IMG/VR virus record: IMGVR_UViG_2698536443_000010
Span: 1 to 35,514 of that record
Direction: 5' to 3' (one strand)
DNA: 35,514 bases
From: a virus
Taxonomy: Duplodnaviria; Heunggongvirae; Uroviricota; Caudoviricetes
In this document: positions 28,006 through 35,514 of the stretch, piece by piece
How the letters are laid out: every line of letters begins with the position of its first letter
Numbering within the stretch: the stretch's first letter is position 1
Position numbers and translations under genes: made by a program
Notes under the pieces: model-generated
What the model saw: the letters and a program-made list of their open reading frames with translations, nothing else
The model's database searches: none
What the model was told of the DNA's origin: nothing

Positions 28006-28512
28006 TCCCGCTGCGAAGTGCCGCCCGCTCACGCCAGCTAACCACTTCACCGGGCGTCATCATGAAGATTTCGGCGGGCGACCAGTTAAAAATAACGGCA
28101 ATATCTGCCACAAAGTCTTCTATGTGCTCAAAGCACACAACCGTGATCAGGCTTCCGTCGCCTGTTCGTTCTTCCCGCCAGAGTCCGCACCGCTCAAAAA
28201 ATTTACGGCAACCACACATAACTGAATAAAGTCACGGGATGCCATTTTTTTGATCGTCACTTCATCCAGTCGCGGTGATGTCACGCGTGACAGCAGCGTA
28301 AACATGGCTTCCGCTTTCAGATTCAGCACATCAGACAGCGACAAATCTCGCAGAGATCCAGCCTGCTTAATAGCCCCGGAGATCTCCACATACGTGATTT
28401 TTTCGCCGCCTCGCTCAATTGGTTGGGTAAGTTTTACGCCACACTCACTGGTTTCTTTCACAGTGTCAGCAACTACCGTGTTTTCGGTATCGATGTTTTT
28501 CGTCTCTTTCAT
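27983..28512 (-). CDS. E+E' fusion produced by programmed -1 frameshift
   Basis: Heptamer T TTT TTG in the E zero frame (minus strand, 28201..28195); the -1 frame stays open to 27983, overlapping the T start. Confidence 0.65.
28147..28512 (-). CDS. E: Tail assembly chaperone, P2 gpE-like (zero-frame product)
   Basis: Position between FII and T; contains the TTTTTTG slip site near its 3' end. Confidence 0.8.
   Translation of the reverse strand: MKETKNIDTENTVVADTVKETSECGVKLTQPIERGGEKITYVEISGAIKQAGSLRDLSLSDVLNLKAEAMFTLLSRVTSPRLDEVTIKKMASRDFIQLCVVAVNFLSGADSGGKNEQATEA
28195..28201 (-). other. Slippery heptamer TTTTTTG (-1 programmed ribosomal frameshift site)
   Basis: Zero-frame codons AAT TTT TTG; -1 frame reads AAA TTT TTT GAG. 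Confidence 0.7.
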
Positions 28513-28566
28513 CAGGAAACTCCTTTCAGTCAGAGGCGACGCACTGCGCCGCCTGCATATTACTTA

Positions 28567-29079
28567 TCAGCCAAGCCCGAGCGCGGAACGGATGCGATCG
28601 GGCACAATGTCCTTGCCGTCCTTCCGGTAAATGAAGTTCAGCAGGTCAATCTCCCACAACGGGCGATCGTTAACACTCAGCTTGTAGTAGGTGTTTTTAA
28701 TGGCGTAAGTGTGTGATGTGGCTTCGCCCTGTTTGGCTTCCCCCATATCAATTTCCGTCACACGTCCGCGCATTTCGACTTCATACAGGTCGCTTTCTGC
28801 ATCGGTGTAATATTCACCCGCAAAACGCAGCAGCGTGCCGTCAATCGTGCCGCCATACTTAAGGAACAGCTCACGAACTGCGCCCCCCATGACAAAGCTC
28901 GCATCAAGCGCGGAGTCGTCCAGACCGAGATCAATACTTACCGCACCCATCATGCCACCACCCCGGTAGCTGTCGGTTTTGCGCGTCAGCTTAGGCAGAG
29001 TGACGGACGTCACCTTACCCACTTCGTTTTCACCATCCACAAACAGCGTAAAAAAGCGAAGATGTTTTGACACAGCCAT
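28567..29079 (-). CDS. FII: Tail tube protein, P2 gpFII-like
   Basis: 170-aa ORF directly downstream of FI; size and position match P2 FII. Confidence 0.85.
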   Translation of the reverse strand: MAVSKHLRFFTLFVDGENEVGKVTSVTLPKLTRKTDSYRGGGMMGAVSIDLGLDDSALDASFVMGGAVRELFLKYGGTIDGTLLRFAGEYYTDAESDLYEVEMRGRVTEIDMGEAKQGEATSHTYAIKNTYYKLSVNDRPLWEIDLLNFIYRKDGKDIVPDRIRSALGLG

Positions 29080-30263
29080 CAGGCACCTCCCAGCACCGCA
29101 AATGCGGGACCAAAGAATTCATCAGTAAACGTCTGGTAAAGCTCCATGTCTTCCAGTGGCGGAACGGGCGTATATTTGTAGCGAATACGCACACGCCCCT
29201 GACGTAAATCCGTGGTGCCGTTATCCACCACGTCATACCAGCACGACGCCCCAATCAGTTTCCCGGCAGTAACCAGTGAATCCAGTTTTGCCCTGATGGC
29301 ACTGATAACATCTTTCACGTTCGCAGGCGTCAGTGGACTGTCGATGGTTTCAAACTGCGCTTCCGCAATTGAATCAGCCAGCACCTGTGCGGTTCGGGTA
29401 TACACCTCAAAGATGTAGGCGTTCGTTTCCGGTGTGCGGTTGCCCCAGAAGCGGAACCCGTTGCGACGAATAATGGTCGTGATTTCTTTGTTGTTGAGGC
29501 TGTTGGCATCACTGTCTTCGGCCTGCAACGACCAGAACACATGCCTCGACATCCCCAGCACATTCTTAACCGGAACGTTGGAGAGTGATTTGTGCCATCC
29601 CTGCTCATGGTCAATGTACGCACGAAGGCCGCACGCATAGGCAGGCGCGGGGAACGTTTCGTTTTTGCCACTTTTCGGGTTGTAGGCGATGAAGTCCGGC
29701 CATAAGAGCATCACCTCACGTTCGTTGAATTTCTGGCGGTAGGTAATCGCATCAGCCATCGTGTCACAGCCATGACATGAGGCATACACAAACGCGCGCA
29801 GTTTACCCGCAATCACGCACAGGGATTTTGTCACCGCCTCCGTATCCAGCTCCGGCGCGGCCAGAATACGCGGACGGTATCCGATGCTTTCATCCTGCTC
29901 TGCAACAAGCAGCGCATACATCCCCGTATAGCTGCCGTCAGATTCAGAACCACCGATAACCAGTTGATCCTGCGTCTTTCCGTCTTCTTCTTTGTGTTCA
30001 GCCACGCGAACGACGATCACCTTTGTGCTCACCTGGTCTGCAATGGCCTTAAGCGCACGATAAAGCGTCCCCGTTGTCCCGCATTTTCCCAGCACGTCAT
30101 TGACGCGGGTCAGCAGTGTGGGCTTGTTCAGCGGGAACAGCTCCGCGTCCGCATCATCCGCCGTTGCCACGATACCGATAACACTGGAATCAACATCATT
30201 AATCGCTGTTACCAGGTCGGTACTTTCCGTAACACGGGCACCATGAAAACGAGTTTCACTCAT
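29079..30263 (-). CDS. FI: Tail sheath protein, P2 gpFI-like
   Basis: 394-aa ORF at the head of the FI-FII-E-T-U block; size and position match P2 FI. Confidence 0.85.
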   Translation of the reverse strand: MSETRFHGARVTESTDLVTAINDVDSSVIGIVATADDADAELFPLNKPTLLTRVNDVLGKCGTTGTLYRALKAIADQVSTKVIVVRVAEHKEEDGKTQDQLVIGGSESDGSYTGMYALLVAEQDESIGYRPRILAAPELDTEAVTKSLCVIAGKLRAFVYASCHGCDTMADAITYRQKFNEREVMLLWPDFIAYNPKSGKNETFPAPAYACGLRAYIDHEQGWHKSLSNVPVKNVLGMSRHVFWSLQAEDSDANSLNNKEITTIIRRNGFRFWGNRTPETNAYIFEVYTRTAQVLADSIAEAQFETIDSPLTPANVKDVISAIRAKLDSLVTAGKLIGASCWYDVVDNGTTDLRQGRVRIRYKYTPVPPLEDMELYQTFTDEFFGPAFAVLGGA

Positions 30264-30420
30264 AGCTTCAGCCCCTTGTATCCGTTAAATGATTCGGCAA
30301 CAATCATCACCCACCACGCGCGTAATCTCACTCCTGCGCCGTTCTCCCGCCACGGCGACAACAAAAAGCAGTAACCCCCTCCGCACGCACATGCGACCAT
30401 GCCGCACAGGGAGGGAACAG
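30264..30420. promoter_or_regulatory. Divergent intergenic region between FI (minus) and D (plus); presumed promoters
   Basis: 157 bp between divergent starts; no TGT-N12-ACA element found by eye. Confidence 0.35.
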
Positions 30421-31524
30421 ATGACCGACACCACCATGCAATTGCTCAGTCAGGGCACAGACCCCGTGAAAATGCCGGATTTTGATATTCTCGCGGAGGG
30501 TAAAACGCTGTCAGGCGTGGCAGAGCGCCTGATGAGCCTGTCACTGACCGACAACCGGGGATTTGAAGCGGACCAGCTCACCATCACGCTGGATGATGCG
30601 GATGGTCAGTTGCAGCTACCGCCACGGGGCGCGCGCCTGACGGTTCTCATTGGCTGGAAAGGAGAACCGCTGACAGAAAAAGGCACTTACATTGTTGATG
30701 AAATCGCTCACGAAGGACCGCCGGACAGGCTGACTGTTTCAGCCAGAAGCGCAGATTTTCGGGATGAATTTAACGTTAAACGTGAGGTGTCCTGGCATGA
30801 TGTGACCGTTGAGCGTGTGGTATCCGCCATCGCTCATCGGTATGGTCTGAAACCGCAAATCAGCGAAATGCTGATGGATATCGAAATCGACCACGCCGAC
30901 CAGACCGAAGAAAGCGACATGTCCTTCCTTACGCGCATGGCGGAAATGCTGGGCGCAATCACCACAGTAAAAAGCGGCAATCTGTTATTCATCATGCCAG
31001 GTGGTGGCGTGAACGCACAGGGCCAGCCGTTGCCCTCGTTCGCCATTACACGCAGCAGCGGCGATCGCCATCAGTTCCGTATTGCTGACCGCGAGGCGTA
31101 TACGGGGGTACGCGCCTACTGGCTTGATCTTAATTACGGGAAAAAGAAAAAAGTCAGCGTGAAACGCCGTAAACCGCCAAAACCCAAAAAGGAGAAAAGC
31201 AGCAGCCGTGAAGGTGATTATATGGAAGGCGCGGAAGGCAATGTGTTTGTGTTACGCAAGACTTATCAGAACGAGCAGGCAGCAAGACGCGCAGCGGCGG
31301 CAAAGTGGCAGCAGCTACAACGCGGAGCCGCAGCGTTCTCCATCACACTGGCACGTGGACGCGCAGAACTCTACCCCGAAATGCATGGCACGGTAACAGG
31401 CTTTAAAAGCGAGATTGATAATCAGGACTGGATTATTGCGAAAGCCGAGCACACCATTGATAACAGCGGCTTTACCACGCAGCTTGAGCTTGAGGCAAAA
31501 ATCCCGGAATGGATAGCAGAATGA
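30421..31524 (+). CDS. D: Late control / tail protein, P2 gpD-like
   Basis: LSLTDNRGFEADQL...RSADFR...SWHD...FLTRLAE...ITRSSGDRH...YTGV...REGDYM...NVF...KWQQLQRG...FTTQLELE resemble P2 D; GGGAGGG RBS before ATG 30421. Confidence 0.9.
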   Translation: MTDTTMQLLSQGTDPVKMPDFDILAEGKTLSGVAERLMSLSLTDNRGFEADQLTITLDDADGQLQLPPRGARLTVLIGWKGEPLTEKGTYIVDEIAHEGPPDRLTVSARSADFRDEFNVKREVSWHDVTVERVVSAIAHRYGLKPQISEMLMDIEIDHADQTEESDMSFLTRMAEMLGAITTVKSGNLLFIMPGGGVNAQGQPLPSFAITRSSGDRHQFRIADREAYTGVRAYWLDLNYGKKKKVSVKRRKPPKPKKEKSSSREGDYMEGAEGNVFVLRKTYQNEQAARRAAAAKWQQLQRGAAAFSITLARGRAELYPEMHGTVTGFKSEIDNQDWIIAKAEHTIDNSGFTTQLELEAKIPEWIAE

Positions 31525-31688
31525 GACTCTTAAATGTATTAGTCCAGACACGTACTAGCGGGCTAAACGGCACAGTCTTATCTGACCATCTGCCCCTAAC
31601 ACAGAGCAGACGGTCCTTGATCTTACCCACTAATAATGGACGCGCGACTAATATAATTTATTGCTTTTTATTTATACCTCACTGAGAT

Positions 31689-32324
31689 TTAGCGAGCTAA
31701 TATATTCAAAGAATTTAACAATTGAGTGTCGAGTGTTTCAGTTGCAGGAATCGGTAATCCATTCGCAATGCGGTAATTTTTCACAGACAGCCTTGTGGAT
31801 GGCCCCATTATGCCGTCAATATTTCCGTTATAAAATCCCCTGTCCAGCAATGCGAACTGAACTCGCATAATCAATCGCTTACGTTTCTCTGCATCAGAAG
31901 CAAGCCCATTACTCGTACGGTTAACCTCTGAAGTTCCAACAGAACTCGTGTTAGTGGTTCTATTATTATCGTTAGAACGAAGTGCACGCACCGAGGAAGA
32001 GGACGATGAGGAACTTGCACCTGAACTTGAAGAACCAGATGAACGTGGTGAGCTGTATGTTTTTGGATAATAGGGGGTACTTCCACCATAGTATCCACCA
32101 CCTGATGAGGATCTATGAGAGCTATGGCTCCTATGAGAGCTATGGCTTCGATGCCCTGCGATATAAAATGGGACTTCCGTGTTAAGTGGAGCTATCACTA
32201 AATCATGCTCATTAAGAGTCATACCAGGTAAATCACTCGCTCCTGTAGATGAATCGCTTGCCCATACAGAATTGTTGAGAGCCAAAAATCCCGGAAGTAG
32301 AGCAGCAAAATTAAACTTTTTCAT
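31689..32324 (-). CDS. hxsA: His-Xaa-Ser repeat protein (HxsA-like): signal peptide, HRS/HSS repeat tract, Ser/Gly-rich linker, peptidoglycan-binding-like C-terminal domain
   Basis: MKKFNFAALLPGFLALNNSVWA signal peptide; HRSHSSHRSHSSHRS; C-terminal LIMRVQFALLDRGFYNGNIDGIMGPSTRLSVKNYRIANGLP; ATGA overlap with upstream radical-SAM gene. Confidence 0.7.
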   Translation of the reverse strand: MKKFNFAALLPGFLALNNSVWASDSSTGASDLPGMTLNEHDLVIAPLNTEVPFYIAGHRSHSSHRSHSSHRSSSGGGYYGGSTPYYPKTYSSPRSSGSSSSGASSSSSSSSVRALRSNDNNRTTNTSSVGTSEVNRTSNGLASDAEKRKRLIMRVQFALLDRGFYNGNIDGIMGPSTRLSVKNYRIANGLPIPATETLDTQLLNSLNILAR

Positions 32325-33433
32325 AAAATTGGTCTCGGTGATTGATGAAAACGGCCTTTTGAGGAACTGAAATAGCCAGCACAGGAAGGCTTCTGAGTAC
32401 ATTCATCACATTCTTTTGGATAGTAATTTTTCCAATCAGAGATCGACTGAACAGCAAGCTCCCTAGCCCTTTCAGGAAGATAACACAAAGGATAATTAAA
32501 AATTGTCAGAGGTATGCCTGACCTGTATGCAGCGTCTATGGCAGAGATTATTTTCTCACTATAACTACTGTGATCAATGAAGATGGTGGACCAGTTTTTT
32601 CGTGCCCAACCGATAGGCTCCAACCCCATAAGGGAAATCTGATTGATGTTGGAGAACACACGGCCAGCGAATTCTACAATATCATCCAATTCGGTATAGT
32701 TAGCCAGTGTAGGAATAACTCTAAGTTCGATATTAATCCCCAAGTTTCCTGCATTGATTAACCCTTTAACCGTTTCATTAAATGCGCCATCACTCCCTAC
32801 CAGATGATCATGCACAAGTGGTCTTGATGAGTAGAGCGGGATACCAAAGGTGATTTTGATCTTTTTGCTTCGCTTTGCCATTTCCTGTGTAAAGTTGATA
32901 TCAGCAAATTTGCGTCCGTTTGTTAAAACATGTAAAGCAGTATCTGGTGAATTCTCGATGATAAAATCAATGAAGTGAAGGAAGTCATCCCCATATAGCA
33001 AAGGTTCACCACCGCTGACCCCAACAACTCCGTTCAAGCCAAATGAAGCTATAGCAAGAGCTGATTGGGTAAGTAGCCAGTCATCATTTATTTTCTTTGG
33101 TGGCTGCGAACAAAACAGACACAAGTTATTGCAGCGTTCCGTAACTAAGACAGTATTATGATTGGCTTTGCGTGACAGAATAACGCGTATCATATTGCCA
33201 TTGTTGATTATCCCAATATCTCCATCTTCAATTGACTCAAATAATTCAGTGCTAATAACAGAGAAATCAAAGCATGGTGGAATGGCATCATTATTGCCTT
33301 CAGCAACTACTAGCAAATTGGGCAAAAAGAATAAAGGGTTCACTGGTTTTTGTTTGCATAACCGATAGAACCCCGTGGGCACGTTCTCTGTAGAAGCAAA
33401 ATGAAAGATATCGTTCCTGATAACCTCAGACAT
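32321..33433 (-). CDS. hxsB: Radical SAM enzyme with SPASM-like C-terminus (HxsB-like maturase; B/C assignment tentative)
   Basis: CNNLCLFC (CX3CX2C), GGEPLL motif, C-terminal Cys cluster CDECTQKPSCAGYF. Confidence 0.75.
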   Translation of the reverse strand: MSEVIRNDIFHFASTENVPTGFYRLCKQKPVNPLFFLPNLLVVAEGNNDAIPPCFDFSVISTELFESIEDGDIGIINNGNMIRVILSRKANHNTVLVTERCNNLCLFCSQPPKKINDDWLLTQSALAIASFGLNGVVGVSGGEPLLYGDDFLHFIDFIIENSPDTALHVLTNGRKFADINFTQEMAKRSKKIKITFGIPLYSSRPLVHDHLVGSDGAFNETVKGLINAGNLGINIELRVIPTLANYTELDDIVEFAGRVFSNINQISLMGLEPIGWARKNWSTIFIDHSSYSEKIISAIDAAYRSGIPLTIFNYPLCYLPERARELAVQSISDWKNYYPKECDECTQKPSCAGYFSSSKGRFHQSPRPIL

Positions 33434-34814
33434 ATGCCCATCCTTTTAGCATCTCAGCCTTCGAACCACCCTCTGAGATGCAGTTCATCAGATACCTGAA
33501 CATCCCCTTGTGATATTGACAAAACGTTGAACGACTCCTATCACCGACAGGCTCACCCTGTACACTTATGTTCTGGCATGGATCTGAACCACAAAATGGT
33601 TGATATGCACATGTATCACAACCTGGCAGAGCAAAATTGAACGATGAACTCAATACTGCGTTATAGTAAGGACTATCAGAAAATGATAGCGTCTTAACTT
33701 CACCCGCACTGAACTCCGTTTCAGGATTCACCTTCTGCAACATACGGCTCTCATCGCTACCATATACTCGACCGTCATAATTGAAAAGAATACTGTTAAG
33801 CACGACTCCACTTGGAGACTTTAAATCCGCATAACCACTAAAACCGGGATTGAAGATCCTTTTCAGATGAATGGAGGCCGAATGTTCCACAACCCTTATC
33901 CCTTCATTATTAATCTTAAGGATTTCATCTATCAACGAGGCATAGAAGCTGAAGTATTCGTCCATAGAAAAGGTGAAAGAAGCTTTTTGTGCAAACCCAT
34001 AGGGACTAACAGGTCGGATAAACATGTCCTTGAGACCAAGAGACAAGTGAGCCTGAACAATCGATTCAGGACGTTTGATAAGCTCTTTAGTAACTGTAGT
34101 AACCGTTGCAACGCGGCCAGCACCTAAAGAGTGTTTGATAGCCTCTACCCCTGACACTGTTCTACTGTACGCAAGCCCACGACCAAGAATTCGATTACTG
34201 TTGTGAACAACTTCCTCACCATCAAGCGACACAGAGAACGTTATGTTCCGGTCTCTCGACCATTCAATCATATCCTCATTCAAGACGGACAGACTTGATG
34301 CCACCACCATCTCAAAATTGGTTCTTCCCAGCGTTTCAGCACATTGATCATAGATGCTCTGAATTAAATCAAACCGCAAGAGAGGCTCCCCACCCTGTAT
34401 CTCTATTTTGTAAGGTGGCGTTGATAGTTTTTTAATAGCCGAAATAATATCGGGGATGAGCTCAGGATTTAGGTCGTAACCTGAGGCATTAACAGAAGCT
34501 CTACTAACCTGGCAATACTTGCATGTATGGTCACAACGTAATGTGGGTACAATCATGAAAATTGGCCTGACAGCCAGTTCATTCATCAATCGTTTTGCAA
34601 AAGCAGAACTTAAAGCATAGGGAGTTATAGCAGATGAGCTTTCACTGGTTATGAAAAGCTTACTTTCTAGCACGTTTGATTGCTCCGAACTAATTCGCTC
34701 ATCAGAAAGATCAATAAGGTCTTGCTCACCAATGAAATGATGAAAACCTGCAAGGTTGCTTATAAACACCTGTCCATTAGGCAATCTGTCAAAATTAAAT
34801 GGCATCAATTCCAT
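33426..34814 (-). CDS. hxsC: Radical SAM enzyme with SPASM-like C-terminus (HxsC-like maturase; B/C assignment tentative)
   Basis: CDHTCKYC (CX3CX2C), GGEPLL motif, C-terminal CDTCAYQPFCGSDPC. Confidence 0.75.
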   Translation of the reverse strand: MELMPFNFDRLPNGQVFISNLAGFHHFIGEQDLIDLSDERISSEQSNVLESKLFITSESSSAITPYALSSAFAKRLMNELAVRPIFMIVPTLRCDHTCKYCQVSRASVNASGYDLNPELIPDIISAIKKLSTPPYKIEIQGGEPLLRFDLIQSIYDQCAETLGRTNFEMVVASSLSVLNEDMIEWSRDRNITFSVSLDGEEVVHNSNRILGRGLAYSRTVSGVEAIKHSLGAGRVATVTTVTKELIKRPESIVQAHLSLGLKDMFIRPVSPYGFAQKASFTFSMDEYFSFYASLIDEILKINNEGIRVVEHSASIHLKRIFNPGFSGYADLKSPSGVVLNSILFNYDGRVYGSDESRMLQKVNPETEFSAGEVKTLSFSDSPYYNAVLSSSFNFALPGCDTCAYQPFCGSDPCQNISVQGEPVGDRSRSTFCQYHKGMFRYLMNCISEGGSKAEMLKGWAYV

Positions 34815-35128
34815 TATGAAAGCCTCTCATCAACACTGCGAAGCACTTTATGGACAATAGAGTCTCTCAACGCCCCTGTTTTATGCTGTAGCTTTTCTCG
34901 CAAAGAGTAATCATTAAGCAGCCTATCGAATTCATAAAGGAATTTGGGATTATCGTTTTCAAAAGAGATTATCCAGTGGGAAACGTCTTCATGGAGTTTC
35001 CATCGAGTAAGCGGAGTCATCCAATATAGACTATTGCGTATAACCCATTCAGAATATAGTTCTTTCTCAAACACTCTTTCGCTCATTGCAATTATCTTCC
35101 AATACAAATATTCATGATCAGCAACCAC
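34814..35128 (-). CDS. hxsD: HxsD-like small protein with LLNDYSLRE motif
   Basis: FDRLLNDYSLREKLQ matches the LLNDYxLRE signature; first gene of the operon; start uncertain (GTG 35128 or ATG 35086). Confidence 0.65.
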   Translation of the reverse strand: MVADHEYLYWKIIAMSERVFEKELYSEWVIRNSLYWMTPLTRWKLHEDVSHWIISFENDNPKFLYEFDRLLNDYSLREKLQHKTGALRDSIVHKVLRSVDERLS

Positions 35129-35162
35129 TTTAAAGCGGATTTTTCCTATGGCAACAATAATA

Positions 35163-35182
35163 TAACATATCCATAGATATGT
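35163..35182. repeat. Perfect 20-bp palindrome AACATATC-cata-GATATGTT in the hxsD / ogr divergent intergenic region
   Basis: Read directly; candidate operator. Confidence 0.6.
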
Positions 35183-35338
35183 TACAGATGCCTTGTTTCC
35201 CGTTGACTAATACATCACAACGTTAGTAATGGCTATCACAATTGTGAACTTCCACTTTTCACACAAGACAAGCTGTTAATTGGAATCTGTATCAGTACAA
35301 CTTAGAATAGAGGAAGCACCACAGTAAGGGAGGTCGCT

Positions 35339-35509
35339 ATGTTCCGTTGTCCACTTTGTGGCGCATCTGCCCGTATCCGCACTAGTCGTCCGGAAAATGA
35401 TTCAAACACTGTGCGGCAAAAGTGGATTTGCCCCTATATTTCCAGACATCTGTTATCACTTAACCCATTACAAGCCCGCTGCCGCAGATATTCCCGTGGC
35501 GAGCGATAA
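35339..35509 (+). CDS. ogr: Ogr/Delta-family late transcription activator, divergent or possibly frameshifted (56 aa)
   Basis: N-terminus MFRCPLCGASARIRTSR resembles P2 Ogr MFHCPLC..ARTSR; strong RBS AGGGAGG; C-terminal half lacks the expected second Cys pair. Confidence 0.55.
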   Translation: MFRCPLCGASARIRTSRPENDSNTVRQKWICPYISRHLLSLNPLQARCRRYSRGER

Positions 35510-35514
35510 CCCAG

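Larger units (their letters stand above)
1..35514. mobile_element. P2-like temperate phage / prophage (integrase end through ogr); att sites not identifiable in the window
   Basis: Near-complete P2 gene order and protein-level resemblance to P2 gene products (int, C, A, Q, P, O, N, M, L, X, R, S, V, W, J, I, H, G, FI, FII, E/E', T, U, D, ogr). Confidence 0.9.

Noticed and set aside
30289-30420. Upstream in-frame start for D at 30289
   Set aside because: Would place the D start 26 bp from the divergent FI start with no RBS; homology to P2 D and a GGGAGGG RBS support ATG 30421.
1-35514. CRISPR array, rRNA or tRNA genes
   Set aside because: No regularly spaced short direct repeats with unique spacers and no RNA-gene-like structures noticed; the tandem repeats found are coding.

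Overview
The window is almost entirely a P2-like (Peduovirus-type) temperate prophage from an enterobacterial-type host, running from the integrase end to the late activator ogr. No attachment site, tRNA, rRNA or CRISPR array was recognised. The backbone is recognisable gene by gene: int, C repressor, a Cox-position gene, small early genes, replication initiator A, portal Q, terminase P, scaffold O, capsid N, small terminase M, L, X, a lysis cassette, tail and baseplate genes R-S-V-W-J-I-H-G, FI-FII-E/E'-T-U, D and ogr. Four visibly AT-rich cargo loci interrupt it. (1) The most interesting is a four-gene His-Xaa-Ser (Hxs-type) radical-SAM cassette between D and ogr: an LLNDYxLRE-motif protein, two radical-SAM/SPASM-like enzymes, and a secreted HRS/HSS-repeat protein with a peptidoglycan-binding-like C-terminus. 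This family has been catalogued in silico but, to my knowledge, has no established function. (2) A two-gene module sits directly downstream of int (zinc-ribbon protein plus an 11-residue-repeat coiled-coil protein). (3) A ParM/ParR-like actin-type partition pair lies at the A-to-cos hotspot, preceded by two 25-bp dyad repeats. (4) A hexapeptide-repeat acetyltransferase lies next to the tail-fibre genes. The FI-FII-E/E'-T-U block is on the opposite strand to both V..G and D, which departs from canonical P2 synteny. All identifications rest on reading the translated ORFs and the DNA by eye; no database search was run.
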